Of a DNA stretch of 53,140 nt, positions 18,999-28,883 are shown piece after piece. A program made the translations under genes and the position numbers. How positions within the stretch are numbered: position 1 is the stretch's first letter; the number at the start of each line of letters is the position of its first letter. Source of the stretch: a virus (taxonomy: Duplodnaviria > Caudoviricetes). The notes beneath the pieces are model-generated. The model was not told the DNA's origin and made no database searches. It saw only the letters and a program-made list of their open reading frames with translations. The stretch is from positions 1-53,140 of IMG/VR virus record IMGVR_UViG_3300048575_000211. One strand, written 5' to 3'.

Positions 18999-19447
18999 GC
19001 CGCAACCCCTCGCATCAGCTCGATTGCCTGTTTTGGATCAATGAAATCAGCGTCAGATTTCAAATCGAGACCGCAGCAATATTTGCCAAAAAGCACGACG
19101 GCTTCAGAGCAGATCAATTGGCGCTCACCGTTGTCGCCAAGAGACCGCAGCGCGCTTGTGATAAAGCCTGGATACTGACTTTTCGCATACGATTTGCCGT
19201 TCGCTCCATGAAGCCAACCAAGCGCATACTCCTCGCTTCGCACTTTGAGCGCAAAGCGATGAGCGAAAAGATGGTCACGCAAAAACTCGTCGACCGCCGT
19301 CGAATGAAATCCGACACCTGTCGCGTGCCAAAGAGTCTTTCCGTCCACTATAATTCCGACGTGCGAAAACTCCGCCTTCGTAGCGAGCATAATCGCACGC
19401 GAAACGAGATCGGGTTTTAGTTCGCGACTTGCGAAAACCTCGAACAT
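18995..19447 (-). CDS. Permuted NlpC/P60 (YiiX-like) enzyme
   Basis: FSHVGI precedes LICSEAV (His before Cys). Confidence 0.78.
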   Translation of the reverse strand: MFEVFASRELKPDLVSRAIMLATKAEFSHVGIIVDGKTLWHATGVGFHSTAVDEFLRDHLFAHRFALKVRSEEYALGWLHGANGKSYAKSQYPGFITSALRSLGDNGERQLICSEAVVLFGKYCCGLDLKSDADFIDPKQAIELMRGVAA

Positions 19448-19815
19448 CAGTTGCCTCCGATTCGACAGAGTGGCTGGCTTTTTAAATCGTTGAGCTCGCG
19501 CTCGAGCTGGAGATATCGCTCTTTCCACTGAAGCGCGTAGCGCACAAGGTCTTCTTTCGTCGCCGCGTCCATACACCAGGCCTTATGGAGGTCATCGAGC
19601 GAGATTTCCTTCTTCTCGCCCATCGCGCCATCCTTGAGCCTCAGATTTCCGTCGAAGTCAGTTTCAAGGTTGAACGAAAGCGCATACGGCTTCGGGGCCG
19701 ACATCGGTTTTGCGTTAATCGCCTTTATAGCGCCAACCGGCGGCTTCGGCGCGTGAGCGCACGAAATGATGACGCTACTTAAGAGAATCGCGAAAAGCGT
19801 TATCAAGGTCTTCAT
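19447..19815 (-). CDS. Lipoprotein, putative o-spanin
   Basis: Lipobox IISC, Pro-rich start; overlaps the upstream gene in the lysis cassette. Confidence 0.65.
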   Translation of the reverse strand: MKTLITLFAILLSSVIISCAHAPKPPVGAIKAINAKPMSAPKPYALSFNLETDFDGNLRLKDGAMGEKKEISLDDLHKAWCMDAATKEDLVRYALQWKERYLQLERELNDLKSQPLCRIGGN

Positions 19816-20062
19816 CGGTCGTTGTTCCCGCAATTTTATCAGCATTTGCTTTGGCCCTGGCTTCAATCTCTTGGTCTTTGATCGACACGTCGAGATTGTC
19901 CTCGCCTTTTTTGATTTGCTTATCGATAACCTTCTCGACGATTCGCATTGCGATACCGCCGAGAAAGCGAGCGCCCCAGCCGAACCCCGTCAGGAACGTC
20001 TTACCGATCGCGGTAAGATCGATCTCGCGGATAAAGATGAGGACGCTCTTTAAAAACTTCAT
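19775..20062 (-). CDS. Putative i-spanin/membrane lysis protein
   Basis: N-terminal hydrophobic segment plus helical tail; precedes the lipoprotein. Confidence 0.5.
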   Translation of the reverse strand: MKFLKSVLIFIREIDLTAIGKTFLTGFGWGARFLGGIAMRIVEKVIDKQIKKGEDNLDVSIKDQEIEARAKANADKIAGTTTDEDLDNAFRDSLK

Positions 20063-20334
20063 TGACCGATGGCTTTCTCGACCATCTTCTCGAGAGCTTC
20101 AACACCAGCTGTAAACACCGGCTTATTGATTTTCTTTGCGAGAAGCTTAAGGCCAGCGAGCGGTTTGATGTTGAGCTTCAAGCCGGCCTCGACACCAATC
20201 AATCCCTCGAGAAATGATTTATTTAGACTTGCCGCTGCTTCGACGGTGGTGTCGGATTTCGCGTCGACGCTGTACGAGCCAGCCTCTTCGCCGCCAATGT
20301 GGATTTTACCTTGGACTTCTTTTCCTTCAAGCAT
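20059..20334 (-). CDS. Phage hypothetical protein (lysis region)
   Basis: RBS AAGGAG; ATGA coupling downstream. Confidence 0.6.
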   Translation of the reverse strand: MLEGKEVQGKIHIGGEEAGSYSVDAKSDTTVEAAASLNKSFLEGLIGVEAGLKLNIKPLAGLKLLAKKINKPVFTAGVEALEKMVEKAIGQ

Positions 20335-20400
20335 GTTCACTCCTTGCAAATGTTCTCAGAACAAGTGAGGAGTATTCGACCGCCTGGCGGATTTCGGAAA

Positions 20401-20715
20401 TCAGCGGCAAAGCTCGCGCGATCTTATCTCGCGTATCTGGTCTTCGACTTTTTCAATACGAGTCCACTGCACGCGCTGGCTTTCGGCGATGTGCTCAATC
20501 TTCGTCGCATGAACGTTTTTTACTTCGGTCATCTCTGTCGTGAGCGCGAGTAGGCCGCGGTTCGTCGCATTCAGTTCGTCTTTCATTTCTCTGAGCGGAA
20601 CGAAGACGAGCGAGTGAAGAAGGACCCAGGCAGCAGCAACAGCGGAAACAAACAGCGTTGCCGAGATCCCCAAAATCAACTCGACTGAAAGTTTTAAAAC
20701 CTGCGGCTCGGGCAT
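20401..20715 (-). CDS. Single-TM coiled-coil protein, holin candidate
   Basis: One long TM segment then a coiled coil. Confidence 0.55.
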   Translation of the reverse strand: MPEPQVLKLSVELILGISATLFVSAVAAAWVLLHSLVFVPLREMKDELNATNRGLLALTTEMTEVKNVHATKIEHIAESQRVQWTRIEKVEDQIREIRSRELCR

Positions 20716-21134
20716 TACTCGCCAACCTTTGCTGTGATCATCGCCACAATCTCATCCACTTTCGATTGCGGATAAACCGAAGGCCCGGCCGCTGCGATCA
20801 CTGCACGTGCGGTTTTCGGGGCTCCCGTGAGAAGCGCCATTGCGATGGCTTGGAACGACGGATTCGCAAAAAGCACCGACGGCTCAATGTCCATTTCCTT
20901 ATTGTAGGCCGCAATTTCGTCGAGGATCGACAAACAGAATTCACGCTCTTCGCGCCGGCTCATAACCGCCTGCTCGTGCGCGAACGCCGCCGTGATGTCT
21001 GTTTGCTCGACGGTATACGTGCCAGGCTCGCCAAACCTTTCACTCGCAAGCCACTCATCAGCTGCCTCTTGAGAATGAAACACTCCAAGGTTCGTTACAT
21101 TGCCGGCCAGATTTTTGACTTCGATTTTAATCAT
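20715..21134 (-). CDS. Tail fibre assembly chaperone-like protein
   Basis: TAATG-coupled downstream of the fibre gene; size and position. Confidence 0.5.
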   Translation of the reverse strand: MIKIEVKNLAGNVTNLGVFHSQEAADEWLASERFGEPGTYTVEQTDITAAFAHEQAVMSRREEREFCLSILDEIAAYNKEMDIEPSVLFANPSFQAIAMALLTGAPKTARAVIAAAGPSVYPQSKVDEIVAMITAKVGE

Positions 21135-23095
21135 TAGTAATTCCCAACGCGCTCGATCGCGATAAAGTTATGGCTGGCCGACGGATAGAGAGATATTGTG
21201 CTGGTGCAAGCCGCGCCTATTTTTAGGGTCTCGCCGGCGAGAAGCCGAATCGTGTCAGATCCACTAACTGCATAGCTAAGCGTCGCACCGCTGCCGACGA
21301 CACGCCCAAGCTCCGAGTAATTAGTGCCGTTTTTAAGGGTCCAAAGCTCGATGATTGATGACGTCGAAAGTGCGGTTGCGGCCGATAGAATAGATGCTTT
21401 CACGGAATACCGACCGGGCGATGGTGCGGTGAAAATACCTGTGGCCGGGTCATATGCAGATACACCATGCGTAGACTCAACGTTTTGTCCGAAAACAATC
21501 GTTGTCAGACTGCTTGTAACCGTTTGTCCAGCTGACGTCGCGGCTCTTGCTGCAACCGAATCACTCGCCGCGATCTGCTGGCTTCCTGTTGGCAGCTTCT
21601 CAATATTGATAACGCTTGCTGCCGATACAGTCGTACCGGCTGCGCCGGCTGTCGAGCCGTAAAACGTCAGTACATCACCGGCTTTTAGATCATATTGGTC
21701 GGCGAACTGTACGTATGCAGTTGCTACGGTTGTGTATTGAACGAAGCCTTTTTGCGCAACGCCGTTAATGTATGCAGCAAAAGCGCCATTCGTTACGCCG
21801 CCGCCGCCGACGCGGAGTTGGCCGTAAATCTTATAAAGCCCTTGTGACGGTATATTGACCGAATTACCAGATACAATTCCTGCTTTGTCGAAAGCAACGC
21901 TTCCAAACGTGATTTGTGTATCAGTAGTATTGATCGTCTGTGCATTGGTCGGAATGATCTTCGCTGATACTGGTCCAGAATTTCCGGCATCGCTCGACAT
22001 CGTGACAGACGAAGACCAGCCAGCAATCGGCACTCGTATCCGCATCGTGATGATATCGCCGGCAGCGAGAGTGGCCGGGCTTGCCTGGTTTACAGCTATG
22101 CCGTACGAGATGCCGACGGGGTTCGTTCCACTGGTCGTTCTTGCTTGATAGACAGCGACCGAGGTAGCGGAGTTAAAAAATGCCGTAAGACCATATTGAA
22201 CAGTCGCAGAAACATCTGCGAGTTCTCCGTCGCCAATCTTTTGGTATGTCGAATCGACGAGCTTGGCGGTATCGATTGAAAGACCAGGCGGAAGATTAAT
22301 TACTAAGTTTGCCGCCGTGGGCGCACCACTAAGTGCGACCTTAACCTCCATCTCGAGCATGTCGGTGTCTTGGCGCCATTTTCCGCTATACGTCGCGTTT
22401 GTTGTCCACGATCCAGTCGGCGTGAAGCTCTGAAGAGAACCAACCGGCGGTCCTTGCGATTTCTGCTGAAGACCGACTTTGATCTGATCGACTTTGAGCT
22501 GAAACGACGCGGTCGTTGCCGTTGCGTTGTGGAGGATCAGGCGGTAGTTGGTCGACGTCGCAGAAGCTTGAAATGTTGCTGCTAAACCGTATTGGACACC
22601 GATGACACCGCCGTCGAGCTTGTAACCGGACGGTTGAATCACTTGCGCGGCATCAACGTCATAGATGTATGCTTCGACGTCGGAGTCGACGCCGGGTGAG
22701 CCGCCCGAATAAGTGCCGGCCACGATCTCATATGCGAGAGAAATCGTGATCATTTTTGTGCGGGCTAGGCGGTCAATTTTAAAATCGTATGACCAACCCT
22801 CGCCCTGCACGTTGGATGCGGGATGCGTGAGAATGCCGGACGACTTTCCGGCCAATGGCAGGTTTGTCGATGTTCCAATCGTCACACTTGGGCTGCCGGC
22901 CGCACCATCGACCGGCATCGCTTGCGCAGCGTCTTTGTATGTCTTCCAGCCTGCGGCTGACGATTCAAAGCCGCCATTCAAAATGTAATTTACATCTGTA
23001 ACCGACTGCTGAAGAATCGGAGTTACCTGAGCCCGCGCTGGTGTGACCAGTGCAAGCGTCAGGACAAAGGAAAGGAGCTTTTTAAGCATTTTCAT
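21134..23095 (-). CDS. Tail fibre/receptor-binding-like protein (CBM-like and C1q-like domains) with signal peptide
   Basis: NYILNGGFES; YDPATGIFTAPSPGRYSV C1q-like pattern; Ser/Thr/Ala/Gly-rich. Confidence 0.75.
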   Translation of the reverse strand: MKMLKKLLSFVLTLALVTPARAQVTPILQQSVTDVNYILNGGFESSAAGWKTYKDAAQAMPVDGAAGSPSVTIGTSTNLPLAGKSSGILTHPASNVQGEGWSYDFKIDRLARTKMITISLAYEIVAGTYSGGSPGVDSDVEAYIYDVDAAQVIQPSGYKLDGGVIGVQYGLAATFQASATSTNYRLILHNATATTASFQLKVDQIKVGLQQKSQGPPVGSLQSFTPTGSWTTNATYSGKWRQDTDMLEMEVKVALSGAPTAANLVINLPPGLSIDTAKLVDSTYQKIGDGELADVSATVQYGLTAFFNSATSVAVYQARTTSGTNPVGISYGIAVNQASPATLAAGDIITMRIRVPIAGWSSSVTMSSDAGNSGPVSAKIIPTNAQTINTTDTQITFGSVAFDKAGIVSGNSVNIPSQGLYKIYGQLRVGGGGVTNGAFAAYINGVAQKGFVQYTTVATAYVQFADQYDLKAGDVLTFYGSTAGAAGTTVSAASVINIEKLPTGSQQIAASDSVAARAATSAGQTVTSSLTTIVFGQNVESTHGVSAYDPATGIFTAPSPGRYSVKASILSAATALSTSSIIELWTLKNGTNYSELGRVVGSGATLSYAVSGSDTIRLLAGETLKIGAACTSTISLYPSASHNFIAIERVGNY

Positions 23096-24405
23096 TAGAA
23101 CATGACCTCCGTTGCGGATGGAATAAATCTAGCGTCGTTTGTGTCTTCTGTGCCGGATGGCGCCACGCGGGTTAGCTGCACTTTGATCAGATCTCCAGGA
23201 GAGACCGCAAAACCGTTGATCACTCCGACGGCTGATGAAAGATCGTGCTCAATTTCGATGTACTGATTTGCAACCGATAGTGTTTTGTCACCATTCGTCG
23301 ATGTGAATGTGTTTGCCGTCGAAGTGATGGCGTCCTGGTTTTTGCGGATCAGGGTTGCGACCGTCTGCATCTTGAGTGCGTTCGCCGAGCCGGGTGAATA
23401 GTACCCGAGGCGTGCCTTAATCGGTCGACCAGCAATGTAGGACGAGGGAACCTTCAACCACAACACCACAAATTGAGACTGTCCCTTTTCAAAGAGCCAG
23501 ACCTTTTCGTCGTTTTCATACGACTCAACCGGAGCAGAGCCACCGCCGGGCTGCCAATTTGCGCCACCACCGCCACCACCGCCTGAGCCAATCGGGATCT
23601 TGGTTCCGTCAGATTGCTGATGATAAACAGTGCTGTTGTAGACATACAGGCGCCTTTTCGTGGCACCTGGTGCCGCCGGATGACCTGCAAGTTCATCAAC
23701 ATCAAAATATTCGAAATGCCCACGCTTCAGAAGAGCATCGACATCAGCGACGATTTGATTAAGACTCGTTTCTATTCCGGCAGTTACTCTCTCGAGCCCA
23801 AGTGTATTGAGCAGAGCTTTGCCGGCAACGGGGAGCCCCGCTCTGTTGTCAGTTACCGCCCCAGCCCCAGACAATCCCGATACAGCAGAGACATCGAGCG
23901 TTGCGATCTTCAGATATCCATCCGGAGTCGCCGGCGCAGTTGGCGAACCACCTGGTATCCCGGCAACGATCAAGATCTCAGAAAGCCAGTCGGTCTGAAC
24001 GTCTGAATCTTCAGACGCGATCGTACCCGCGGTTGACTTGACTTTTCGTGTCGCCTGAATGGATGTCACGCGTCCGGCTTTGATGCAGACGATGTCCTTT
24101 CGCGCGAGCGATGCGTGAGGAGCATTGATATTGCTCGTGACTTGCGACGGCCGATATAAGAGACGATTTTTAGGCTCAGGATCGGCTTGAGAGGAATCAA
24201 ACTGAAAGCCTAGACCGGCTCGAATCGTGACCGATGTCGGCGTGGCGTACTCAACGAGAAAGCTATCGCCAAACACCGCATTGGTCTTTCGTTGCAGGAT
24301 CTCATAAACGACCCGATCGTACAGCTCCCGCTCTACTGCCGCACCGATCTTGTTGAAGTCTTCGAAAACAACCTCGACTCCATCTCCAAAATTCCTACGT
24401 GGCAT
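23095..24405 (-). CDS. Tail fibre, baseplate-proximal protein
   Basis: Follows baseplate wedge genes; RKDIV..PTAPATPDGYLKIA pattern; poly-Gly hinge. Confidence 0.7.
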   Translation of the reverse strand: MPRRNFGDGVEVVFEDFNKIGAAVERELYDRVVYEILQRKTNAVFGDSFLVEYATPTSVTIRAGLGFQFDSSQADPEPKNRLLYRPSQVTSNINAPHASLARKDIVCIKAGRVTSIQATRKVKSTAGTIASEDSDVQTDWLSEILIVAGIPGGSPTAPATPDGYLKIATLDVSAVSGLSGAGAVTDNRAGLPVAGKALLNTLGLERVTAGIETSLNQIVADVDALLKRGHFEYFDVDELAGHPAAPGATKRRLYVYNSTVYHQQSDGTKIPIGSGGGGGGGANWQPGGGSAPVESYENDEKVWLFEKGQSQFVVLWLKVPSSYIAGRPIKARLGYYSPGSANALKMQTVATLIRKNQDAITSTANTFTSTNGDKTLSVANQYIEIEHDLSSAVGVINGFAVSPGDLIKVQLTRVAPSGTEDTNDARFIPSATEVMF

Positions 24406-24407
24406 TG

Positions 24408-25016
24408 CTACTCCAAGCGCTCGATAATTCTGTATGGCACGCCAAACGCTTTCTCGCGATCGACGGCCGCTTTGATGAGTTCAAAAAGTTGAAGAGGAGA
24501 CTCGGTCGTACCCATGAAACATTCTCGACCGAAAAAGTATTCACGCGAAAAATGCGAATAAGGTTCATGAAGCTGTTTGTCGACCACGATCGAAAATGCG
24601 TTCATAACTTCGACCGTGATGATGTCACCGCGGCTGAAGAAAGCACCGCGGCTGAAGAACATCGACGACTCGTAGTCCTCCTTTATCGAGCATTCACCGA
24701 CGATCAAAAGCTTATCGACGATCGACTTGATCGCCGGATGGTTCGACTTATTTGAGATATTCTGAACGCGGACGGCATATTGCCGATCCTGCTCGCCATC
24801 GACCTTCTCAACATCTCGTTCGGCCGCATGAGCCGCAAGTGCTTCACCGCGGGCTCGCGTAATGAACGTATCGTCAAGATGCGCTTTGATGTCGCCGTCA
24901 AGGGACTCGAGAGCTGCCGAGATACCGCGCAAAACGGCTGCCTGAAGGCCTTCATTTTCGAAGAACCAGGCCGGCAGAAACGTCTTGAATTTTGCGTACC
25001 ACGCATCTTTTGTCAT
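24408..25016 (-). CDS. Baseplate wedge protein (gpI-like)
   Basis: ARGEAL...GEQDRQYAVRV; ends KAFGVPY; follows gpJ. Confidence 0.72.
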   Translation of the reverse strand: MTKDAWYAKFKTFLPAWFFENEGLQAAVLRGISAALESLDGDIKAHLDDTFITRARGEALAAHAAERDVEKVDGEQDRQYAVRVQNISNKSNHPAIKSIVDKLLIVGECSIKEDYESSMFFSRGAFFSRGDIITVEVMNAFSIVVDKQLHEPYSHFSREYFFGRECFMGTTESPLQLFELIKAAVDREKAFGVPYRIIERLE

Positions 25017-25017
25017 A

Positions 25018-26196
25018 TCAGTTTATCGACATGGTTCCAGAAATCAGTTTTTGTCCGGCGACTCCCGCAATCGATCCAGTCGGTGCGTTCGTAAGAAAAT
25101 CAGTAATGTCGTTCGTTCCGGCCGGCCCGAAAACCGCGAGCATTGCGGTATTCGCAGAGATCCGATCAAAACCCAGCCCCGTCGGGATCGCATCGATATA
25201 CTTCGCCATCGCTTCGGTAATGAGCGACGAATCGTCTTGAAGAGATTCGTAGTTGGGGCCAGCAGGGTTCAACGTATATTGCGCCGACCAGTCAAGAGCG
25301 TAAGCGACGGCCGCAGCAACATCGACTCGAACGCCGCCGGCGCGAACTGATTTGATAGAGCTAGCCACGTTCGCAAGCAGCGCCGAATTCGCCGTACCAT
25401 TCGCATCAGAAATGTAGAGCTTCGCGCGCGGGATCAGAAACGATAAACCGCTGGGGCTCTCAGTCGCGTCGTCCCATTGGATGACGCGAATAACCTCTTC
25501 AACCGGAGTCGCCTGCACAACGCCGGAGACAGTAAGCGCCTTGGCTTTGATCGCCGCGATCGTTGCTCCCTTAAGCTGCCTGATGAGGTTCTTGATGGTC
25601 TTTCGATATGTCGGCGTATCTTGTTCTGCGGCGCCGCCGCTGAATTCAGCGTCGTTCGTGACCTTAATGGTCGGGTCAAGGAGAGTTGACTCGATAAGAG
25701 TCGCCTTTCCTTCTGCAACGTTGCCTGCCACTCCCGCCTCGACGGCTTCAACTGAGGCATTGACGGAAGTGCCAATCATCGTCACATCGAGAAGTGTTTT
25801 GAAGCGAATTGACTGACCGTTCGAGTCGAGCGGCGTCTTAACGATCGTTCCGGCCGCAATCAACACGTCGCCGGCGGCCGCCGATGTTCGAGAGAAGATC
25901 ACGATACCGACGGCCGGCTGAGCATCCGGCCGCGCGAATTCATCACCGAAGTGATCAACAGCGAGGTCCTGAATGTCATCTGGTCCGCCTGTCTCCGCTG
26001 GCCCTCCGGCAAGATCGATAAACGTCTTCTTAAATTGATCAACGATGAGACCCATCGACTCGCTTATTGCTGTCGATGCGGCCCCGGCGATGCAGTCTAG
26101 AATCGAACCTTCCGAAAAATCGGTCAGAGATTCGTTGCCGCTCTGAATCTCGTTCTTAATGATGTCGTAAAGTTCTTGCCGCGAGCGCGCGCTCAT
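25018..26196 (-). CDS. Baseplate J/gp47-family protein
   Basis: TDFSEGS, AVEAGVAGN, GGAAEQD..YR, VRAGGV. Confidence 0.9.
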   Translation of the reverse strand: MSARSRQELYDIIKNEIQSGNESLTDFSEGSILDCIAGAASTAISESMGLIVDQFKKTFIDLAGGPAETGGPDDIQDLAVDHFGDEFARPDAQPAVGIVIFSRTSAAAGDVLIAAGTIVKTPLDSNGQSIRFKTLLDVTMIGTSVNASVEAVEAGVAGNVAEGKATLIESTLLDPTIKVTNDAEFSGGAAEQDTPTYRKTIKNLIRQLKGATIAAIKAKALTVSGVVQATPVEEVIRVIQWDDATESPSGLSFLIPRAKLYISDANGTANSALLANVASSIKSVRAGGVRVDVAAAVAYALDWSAQYTLNPAGPNYESLQDDSSLITEAMAKYIDAIPTGLGFDRISANTAMLAVFGPAGTNDITDFLTNAPTGSIAGVAGQKLISGTMSIN

Positions 26197-26600
26197 CAGA
26201 ATGACCCCTTGTCGAGGTTAAAACCAAATTCCTGCTCTCCGTATCCAACGAGCTTCACGCGAACGACGATCGTCACTCGGTCGGGCTGCAAGTCATCAGA
26301 CATCATCGACACGCCAAGGACCGACTCAACACGTGGGTCGCGCGGGAACTGCTCGCCGATCCTAAGCGCGAGCGCCTGTCGGGTCGCGAGCGTCCCTGGA
26401 GCATTCAAGAATCGTTTGATCCCGACGCCATAGCTCGGACGATGAATGAGCGACCCTGGCTCCGTGATGAGTCGCCTCAGCAGCGCCTCCTTGACGTTCT
26501 CGAGACCAGAGATCGCCATGAGATCACCACCATCATCTTTTTTTACGAAGTCCGACTTATGCATGATGTCGGTGAGGAGAATTTCATTGAGCAATGCCAT
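26196..26600 (-). CDS. gp25/gpW-like baseplate protein
   Basis: GLENVKEALLRRLITEPGSLIHRPSYGVG...DPRVESV. Confidence 0.88.
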   Translation of the reverse strand: MALLNEILLTDIMHKSDFVKKDDGGDLMAISGLENVKEALLRRLITEPGSLIHRPSYGVGIKRFLNAPGTLATRQALALRIGEQFPRDPRVESVLGVSMMSDDLQPDRVTIVVRVKLVGYGEQEFGFNLDKGSF

Positions 26601-26824
26601 CAGCTCACCGTGCCCGTCGTCGAAACGTTACCGCCCGTGCCGGGGCCACTGATTACCGTTCCTGTCGTCGAGACAACCGCATTCGCTTTGATCTCATCGA
26701 CAACGGCCTTTGCAACCGCATCGCAGAACTTCTTTAAAACCGTGGCGTCGTCTGGATTTCCAAACTTGCCCTTGATCTCGGTTTCAATTTTTGAGGAGAG
26801 GCTCGACTGCGTCAGCGCCATCAC
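26600..26824 (-). CDS. Small spike-associated protein
   Basis: Between spike and gp25; AVAKAVVDEIKANAVV. Confidence 0.55.
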   Translation of the reverse strand: MMALTQSSLSSKIETEIKGKFGNPDDATVLKKFCDAVAKAVVDEIKANAVVSTTGTVISGPGTGGNVSTTGTVS

Positions 26825-27453
26825 TTCTCCGTTTTCGATAGATCAGAGAGCATCGCATTGTCATCGACCGGAGAGCTCTTAATCGATAAAAACTCAGCCG
26901 CGTTGTCAGGAACGGACGTGTAGTAGCCGAGATTTCCGATGTGTTTATGCTTCGCCGTTTCATCGAGATCCTTCGAGTACCCAGCCTTAAAGACGTTGCC
27001 GAGAACAATCGGCTCTGTTGGATCATCTCCACCTCGTCCGAGCAGCACGGCGGTGTCGGAGAGCAAATGCGCCTTCTTGCCTGCAAGCGCTCGCACTACT
27101 GTGTGACCATCGATTGCCTGAAGTGGAATGCAGTCCTCTCGTGAGGTCAGACGGCGAATGACGAATGCCTGGTCAGGATCTCGATCTGCGAAGGCGATGA
27201 GAACAAGGTCATTCACGACTGGAAAGCCGAAAATCCCGGCATTTGGCCCCGTCTGATCCCAAGTCATTCGCGCGACCGCCGGCTCCATTTCGGGGAAGAT
27301 GTCAACTTTCACACGCAGCACCGAGCGATCAGTCGCGAGCGCCAATCCCGTAATTTTCGCAATCGCGATGTGAACGCTTTGATCAGAGAAAAAGCTTCGA
27401 AAGGCTTCTAGGTCGGCTGGCCCCATGTCATCCACCCTTCTTTTTTTCGCCAA
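26821..27453 (-). CDS. Baseplate central spike (gpV-like)
   Basis: OB-fold FPVVNDLVLIAF; HxH (HKH) tip motif. Confidence 0.8.
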   Translation of the reverse strand: MAKKRRVDDMGPADLEAFRSFFSDQSVHIAIAKITGLALATDRSVLRVKVDIFPEMEPAVARMTWDQTGPNAGIFGFPVVNDLVLIAFADRDPDQAFVIRRLTSREDCIPLQAIDGHTVVRALAGKKAHLLSDTAVLLGRGGDDPTEPIVLGNVFKAGYSKDLDETAKHKHIGNLGYYTSVPDNAAEFLSIKSSPVDDNAMLSDLSKTEK

Positions 27454-28834
27454 GATTGATGAAGTTAAGGAATCCGACCTTCATGGAAAATCCTTCATCC
27501 TCAGACATGGTGAACTCAACTGCCTTTGTGTAAAACGTTGTCGAAAATTTTCCAGCCGAATTCGCGAGCGCTTCCGCGACGGAAGGTTCATAACCGTTAT
27601 CCTTAAGAAACTTGATTCGCGCATCGACAGTGGTATGGCGCGAAAAGCTCTTCATATCTCTTTGGTCTATTTCGATATTTATCGGCGTGCCATTGCGAAT
27701 TTTTGTAACATCGTATTCAACGCCCCTTGAACCGACGGCAATCACCATCTCCTTAGTGGAGAAGCTACCTTCAATCTGCTGCCTCCAGATCTCTTCAAAT
27801 GTCTTTTCTCCAACCTTGATAAGCTGTTCCTTAGAAACAATATTGGTAATGAGGAACCCAATATATGGGGCAATGTCCTTCTTCACTTCACCTTTGGCAT
27901 TGAGCTTTTCAATTTTGACCTCGTCCTTCGGAAGTCCGATCGCTTTCAACCACTCATCTGTTGCCTCAAGCGGAATTTTCGCCTCAAGAACCTCTTTTTT
28001 TTCGATATTCAACGAGCGAAGCGATACATTGAATCCTTTTTGGCGTCCGAGCTTTCGCTTGAACTCCAGTTCTTTGATATTTTTGCCGTATAGGAACTGG
28101 TACTGCTTCAAGCCGTCATACAGGTTCTGAGGCTTTGAAATAACGAGCTTGTCGAGTTCAATAAATGCAATGAGCCCAGCGCGGCGAATAAGATCTTGAA
28201 TGACATCCCAGTAGGTATCGTGTTTGTGAGAGTTTTTATGCGCGCCGAGTTCGTTAAAGTCCGGAGCGAATTTACCAAGAATTGGAAGCTCTGCTCCGGT
28301 CCGATTATCAATCGTGATGTCGCCGATCGTCTTTAATCCAGATAGTAATTCTTCGAGAATGGACTTGAGCGGTCGGCTTAAGTCCAAAGTACCTTTATCA
28401 TATTTTGCATCAATCAACAGAGCGGTGTAGTCGCGCCCCTCGAAACTGACTGTGCGGGAGTTCTCATCGAGCTTGATCGACTCTTCATCTGCAAAGCCAA
28501 GAAAGACTGTGTTGCCATCGCTTGGTACGATTTTAGAAGGAACCCCTCCGTTGTCGCAAAGCTTTTTCATGTCCTCGAAGTGAATGGATACTCCGAGCGA
28601 TCGAATGCATCTTGGATCAAATGGGAAGCTCTTATAATCAAGATCAGCGGAAAACGTATCGGCCGTGCTGTAATCATTGATGCTGACAGCTACACGCTTG
28701 GCTCGAACTTTAATCCTATATTCCTTTTGTTTTTTCGGATCAGACTGAAATTTGAAGTCCTCCCATACAACCCGAAGGACCATCGCAGCTTGCGGATAAA
28801 AAAAACTCACCGACCGACTCCCATGCGCAGTCAA
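27428..28834 (-). CDS. Baseplate hub (gpD-like)
   Basis: FEGRDYTALLID; position between LysM protein and spike. Confidence 0.75.
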   Translation of the reverse strand: MTAHGSRSVSFFYPQAAMVLRVVWEDFKFQSDPKKQKEYRIKVRAKRVAVSINDYSTADTFSADLDYKSFPFDPRCIRSLGVSIHFEDMKKLCDNGGVPSKIVPSDGNTVFLGFADEESIKLDENSRTVSFEGRDYTALLIDAKYDKGTLDLSRPLKSILEELLSGLKTIGDITIDNRTGAELPILGKFAPDFNELGAHKNSHKHDTYWDVIQDLIRRAGLIAFIELDKLVISKPQNLYDGLKQYQFLYGKNIKELEFKRKLGRQKGFNVSLRSLNIEKKEVLEAKIPLEATDEWLKAIGLPKDEVKIEKLNAKGEVKKDIAPYIGFLITNIVSKEQLIKVGEKTFEEIWRQQIEGSFSTKEMVIAVGSRGVEYDVTKIRNGTPINIEIDQRDMKSFSRHTTVDARIKFLKDNGYEPSVAEALANSAGKFSTTFYTKAVEFTMSEDEGFSMKVGFLNFINLGEKKKGG

Positions 28835-28883
28835 TGCGCTCGAAGTAGTCGACTGAATCTAGCTTTATCGAAAACGTGGCGAC

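Noticed and set aside
21134-24405. Diversity-generating retroelement or invertible fibre cassette
   Set aside because: No reverse transcriptase, invertase or TR/VR repeat pair seen.
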